A stretch of DNA of 64,000 nt from NCBI RefSeq assembly GCF_964204865.1, contig NC_135250.1:11160001-11224000 (forward strand). The letters run 5' to 3'. This document shows positions 59,298 to 64,000 of the stretch, one piece after another; the first letter of the stretch is position 1; every line of letters begins with the position of its first letter. Source of the DNA: Styela clava (Eukaryota). A program made the position numbers and the translations under genes. The notes under the pieces are model-generated. The model saw only the letters and a list, made by a program, of their open reading frames with translations, was not told the origin of the DNA and did no database searches.

Positions 59298-59975
59298 CGG
59301 GGGTCTCCAACACGCGGCCAGCGGGCCGCATGTGGCCCGTCAAGCATTTTTTTGCGGCCCGCGTCGTGGTTTGGATTTTTCTACAAAAAACTAATGTCAC
59401 TATTAGTAAGTTTTATCATGTCATTTATCATCAAGAGTCCAGTCCGACAAACTGTATAAAGTGAAGCTAAAATTTCCCCCTGTTATCCATGTTCATGTTT
59501 TATTCCATTGTTATAATTCAACTATAAATGCAACAATTTCATTTCGCATGTTCATTGTGACGAAATAAACGATTTTGGTTCAGTCCATTGCGCCGAAAAA
59601 AGGTTTGCAAAGCATATTGCACATCACATTCACATCCCATACCTGTGATGTTTGACATTTCTTATATTTGGGAGCAGTTTTTTTTTTCAACTATGAAAGT
59701 TAGCAAGTCTGTCCTACGCACACGACTAACGGACGAGCATTGTCATGTTGTCTTAAGACTAGCAAACCAACGCAAAATAAGGCCAAACATTGAGACCAAA
59801 TATCCAGCACAAGTAAATGAATATGTTTCATGTCACATTTGCTGTAAGGTTCAAGTGTAATTTCAACACATTACATTCAGATACCCTCTTTCGTACCTAA
59901 TTTATTAGCTTGCGGGCCCGCGTGGTGAATAAATTTCAAAGTGGCCAGCGACATGTTTTGAGTTGGAGACCCCTG
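59298..59975 (+). mobile_element. Deleted hAT (Buster/SPIN-like) transposon retaining a transposase C-terminal dimerisation remnant
   Basis: TIR cgggggtctccaac/gttggagacccctg and TSD gtgtaagg/gtgtaagc. ORF 59588-59860 contains SYIWEQFFFSTMKVSKSVLRTRLTDEH (hATC-like). Confidence 0.88.
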
Positions 59976-60119
59976 GTGTAAGCCATATGAGTCAGCTTTT
60001 CAAATCTCATACTTTAGCAAAACAATAAATAATTCAGTTCATTACAATAAGTATCCAGTTTGTGAATGTATGTGTTGTTGTCAAGCAGTAAAATACTTAA
60101 AATTATAAAAACACTGTCA

Positions 60120-60867
60120 ATGCCTGAAAGATTCCCCACAGAAGATTTGCTTTTCTAAGGCATGTTTTCAGTCTTCAGGGTCTTTTTCAAAACATTGGGT
60201 AAGTAAAGGGTGTAAAATGGCTTTGCTTAAAGTTAAAATAACATAAAAAATATCCAATCTATTTGCACTGCCACAGATAAGTATAACGCTGTGAAACCAT
60301 TCAGATAAACATGTAATAGTCGCAGTGCAGTTTTCCATTGACATTGAAGCATATCCTGTTTACAGATGTCGCTGTAGAGCCATCTAATATGTCATAATCA
60401 TTGTGGCATCTCACAGTTTATTTCGAATTTCATGTTGTTTTTACTCTGTATAATTGACTTTAATGTAAATGTCTAATATCCCATAGTTATCATGGCATCC
60501 TGTATTTTATTTTGGAACTTTGTTGTTCTTTTTTGTATGATGAGTCTAATTAAGTGAATGTTCGGGTAATATTCCATAGCCGTTGTGGCATTTGCAGTTA
60601 ATTTGGTATTCTTTTTGTTGTCATTTTGTTTTTATATACGATTGTGTCGAATTTAGTAAATGTTTAATATTGAGTTGTTCGGTTGCTATATTTGCTGCTT
60701 CAATGCAGCCACAAGGTGTCGTTGACCGGATGACTTTTTGAGTCTTTCGCGACCCCTCGTCTACTGCAACAAGCCGATTACTTTTTTTATAATTTGTTAT
60801 GTACTTTTTATGTATTTCATATCGTACATTGGTTTTGCATAACGAAAATAAATATCTGAATCTGAAT
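60120..60867 (+). mobile_element. Possible decayed non-LTR retrotransposon (CR1/L2-like) 3' fragment
   Basis: KIPHRR-like RT remnant at ~60128, ending in aataaa followed by a (ctgaat)2 tail. Confidence 0.35.
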
Positions 60868-62056
60868 GGGCAAGGCGAGGTGTCATTGGTTCGCGATGAC
60901 CTGAGTACTGGTCTGGAGTAGTAATTGGTTTAGTGATGAAAAGAAACCGTGACAAGTAGGCTACATATATTTTCATATCACATGTTGCTTCGATCTTTAA
61001 GGTGGTTGGATATTTGGGTCTAGTTAATTTATTACCATAAACCTTTATTAAAATAACACCAAATAAAAATGTGATGTGAAAATAGCCGAAGCTGCTTAAA
61101 TAACGCCAAACAGAAATGTGATGTGACGTTTATATGTTTTTTTAAAATATCTCTATGCCGCGGAATGAAATTCTTAACAGACCCATTTAGTTAAAATAAA
61201 GTCCACTCAATTTTCAACTAAGCAGGTATATTCCATGCCAAACAGGGTATAGCAACTTTTATTTGAAAAAATAATGAAGTTTGTTCGGTGTTATGTTATT
61301 TAAGCAGCAATAGCATTTATTTTCACATCCGAATTTTGTTTGACGTTTTTAGGCATTTGCTGCGTGTACCTCGTTCTGTCGTTAGACTCAAAAATTTGTA
61401 AATAAAGTACCGTTGTTTGCTTTCATCTTACATGACTGTGATCTTCAGTCTTGTATTTTATAATTTGATATCTCCGATCTGCTACCTAAAGTCTCTATTT
61501 GAAGTGAATAATATAAAATAATCTTCTGAAGGTTGGCATCAATATTTTAATACCATACCGGTAACGCATAAAATTAGTAACTAAATGTAGTAGTCTACTG
61601 ACTGTAGTAAAAAAATAACTGACAAGCAATGTCTAAAAATTATTCAGTAATTGAACTACTTTCAGACTTTAGAAGCGATTAATTAATACAGTACGGTACC
61701 GGTAATAACAATTAATTGTAAATTTTATGCTAAACTTCAACACGATAATGGTTATCAGACTATCCAGCAGTTCTCATACTGCTGCACTGAGATATCACGA
61801 CTGTGTAGACTGCAGTAAAATTTCAACCGTGTTAGTGTATACCGGTACCGTAGGTACCCTACTGACAGACTGTCTGTACGAGCACTTTTCGCCACCAGTC
61901 TAAGGTATTTTCAAACAACTGATACGAAATTCACTAGTTCAATAAAGAACTACCAGTACAAATAATCAAAACACGCAGCTAAACAATCAACTGGAGAAAT
62001 AACGCTAACCTTAACGAAATACAGGTGCATGGGAAAATATATTCAAGCCTGTCCAT

Positions 62057-62071
62057 AGAAAATTCTGGAAC
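62057..62071. promoter_or_regulatory. Heat-shock element (three perfect nGAAn units) upstream of the putative non-coding first exon of the DNAJB gene
   Basis: aGAAaaTTCtgGAAc. A minus-strand donor aag|gttagc at ~62009 could pair with the acceptor at ~58234. Confidence 0.6.
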
Positions 62072-62614
62072 TTTGACAACACGTACCATTCTTCTCGTTT
62101 TACAACAAAGAATTTTGGGGGGTTCCCCATCGGAAGCCACGGGTTGTAGCTCATTCTCAACACAATGATGTAATTATGTAAGACGTAATTTCATGCGAAT
62201 TCGGTTTATGTCAAAGCGTGAGATTGGAACTAGTCTGAATGCGTACGGGCACGAGAATCACCAAACTCTACAATGCTGTGGATTAAGTCACTTCGTATCG
62301 TCATATACAACATGGGGATGCCCATACTGTCTTTATTCGCTTCACAGCGTCTAACCCTAACTCATATGCACAGCTGAGCACTGCCTTGAAGCTTCTTGCC
62401 AACAAGACTGAAAAATTACTTGAACTTGATCGTGGCACATTCTTATCATAATGAAGCAACGTCTGCTGTTCATTCAGCGGAAATGAAATGCCAATGAGAA
62501 TATACAGCACTCCACTTTGTAGAAACTCTAAATCATCTATACAGTACTAACTGATCTGATAAATGAAGTGATATTATTCCGGGATATAAAATTTTATTGC
62601 AACATAAAAAAAAA

Positions 62615-64000
62615 TCAAGATGGTGTCACAGCATAAGGTTGATAGGAAATTATCCTTTGTTGGGCTCCACACTGAAACAACCACCCCGGCCTGACAAAAA
62701 CCAATCCGGCATTTTCAGTAAGAGCCTGATCAAAGTTATCATCCCAAGGTTGCTCAGTAATAATATATTCAACATCTTCATTCATGTACTCTGTGATTTT
62801 GCTGTATTGTAAGAGTATAAAACTATTAGGTTTATTATTAGGATTACATCAAAATATAAAAATAACATTCATATAAAATTGATTACTGCCACATTAGATA
62901 TAAATACTCTGTGCTCGGTGAAGATCTGTTTATACAGCAAACATGTTAACCAGGGTGTGGAAATTTAGATGGATTATACCAAACCAGGGCCCCCATTCTC
63001 CAAACTTTGTAAAAAGATGCATTTATGAGCACGTAACCTTGTCTCTCAAAAACGTAGTTACGGAATCTCGTTAAGTGCGATTCACGAAACATCTCGTAAA
63101 AACTTTACGAACAGTCACGCCAGTTCTCTCGAAATCTTACGCACGGTCATCGTTGAACAAAAACCACTGTATGATCACTCAACCTATCACTCACAGCAGC
63201 CCGGCGCGGATAAGCCTATTTTGCAATGATCTCTGTTTTACATTTTGCAGCCAAACTACTTCTGTAACAGACAACAAAATAGATGAATATGTAATCCCAT
63301 ATTTGATGTTGGTACGCTGTTAGTTGGCATATATAAGTGGGTCCACAGCCACTAGACTACAGTCACTCTTACCAAAGTTGGGCCTTTATAAATTTTCGAT
63401 ACCAATTTTTGTATGCTAACACAACAGAATTTGTTGGGGTGCATGTCGCCATACTTGTCTAAGGCCAGTAAGGTATTGAACATGTATCCCGTCTTAGTTA
63501 CACCGTTTAATTATTATGTAGATACTCTGTAAAATGAGAGAAGGCACTTAACGAGACGTCTGTTTTGGCACGCTAAAAATTCTCTCGCATATTAACGATA
63601 CTTCGAGAATACCATTTTTGCATTTTACGAGAAAGTGGGTGCTTTACTAACACGTTAAACGATAAAGAAGTTTGGCGAATGGCGCCCCTGATAAGCTCAA
63701 AACATTTCAAACTTATAATGACTCGGCGTGTATCAGCAGATGCTCGTATAGACCCTAGTTTCAATTGAGTGGAGGTGTAAAATACTAATAGAAAAACTGG
63801 AAAGAAAATGAACAGGACTAGCTGAATACCACTTGGATACAGGGTTATCAAAATAAATCTTTTAAACTTGCAATCAGTTACTCACCCTCCACAGGCAACA
63901 ATATGTCTCCTTGTTAACCTTCCAGTTTTTGAAGCAAATTTTCCATACATCATAAATGTCTTGTCATGAAAATAATCAGGCAATTCTGGTAAACCGTTTT
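62615..64000 (-). CDS. XRCC1: DNA repair protein XRCC1, last two exons (BRCT2 domain); gene extends beyond the window
   Basis: Exons >64000-63886 and 62801-62615 give LPELPDYFHDKTFMMYGKF...IVACGGKITEYMNEDVEYIITEQPWDDNFDQALTENAGLVFVRPGWLFQC...QPYAVTPS*. AATAAA lies ~17 nt after the stop. Confidence 0.9.

Noticed and set aside
63067-63633. Inverted 13-mer (tctcgttaagtgc/gcacttaacgaga) in the XRCC1 intron
   Set aside because: It is probably a repeat remnant, but termini and TSD could not be defined.

Overview
This is AT-rich eukaryotic (animal) genomic DNA with GT-AG introns, not a prokaryote. Gene content, compactness and apparent operon organisation suggest an ascidian tunicate, which is an inference. 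I assembled exons by hand and checked reading phase. Genes in order: a modular secreted GH9 endoglucanase (signal peptide, Sushi, two CBM2-like modules, GH9; minus strand), NDUFA5 (+) tail-to-tail with intronless NOC4L (-), a co-oriented minus-strand run of FBXO8, FBXO22-like, PIGB, DDA1 and a membrane-anchored Slob/PXK-like pseudokinase that looks like a trans-spliced operon, intronless VPS35 (+), a DNAJB6/DNAJB2-like gene with short and long UIM-bearing isoforms and an upstream heat-shock element (-), and the 3' end of XRCC1 (-). Non-coding DNA holds hAT/Buster MITEs, GG...CC Merlin-like MITEs with telomeric repeats, a pogo-like element with a PHD-finger ORF, and a tRNA-derived SINE family. 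The most striking signal is a strong excess of TA-flanked micro-motifs (TACCGGTA, TACCGTA/TACGGTA, TACAGTA/TACTGTA). These are stacked near gene 5' ends, and in two repeat-copy comparisons they are insertions at a TA, which fits DNA-transposon excision footprints.
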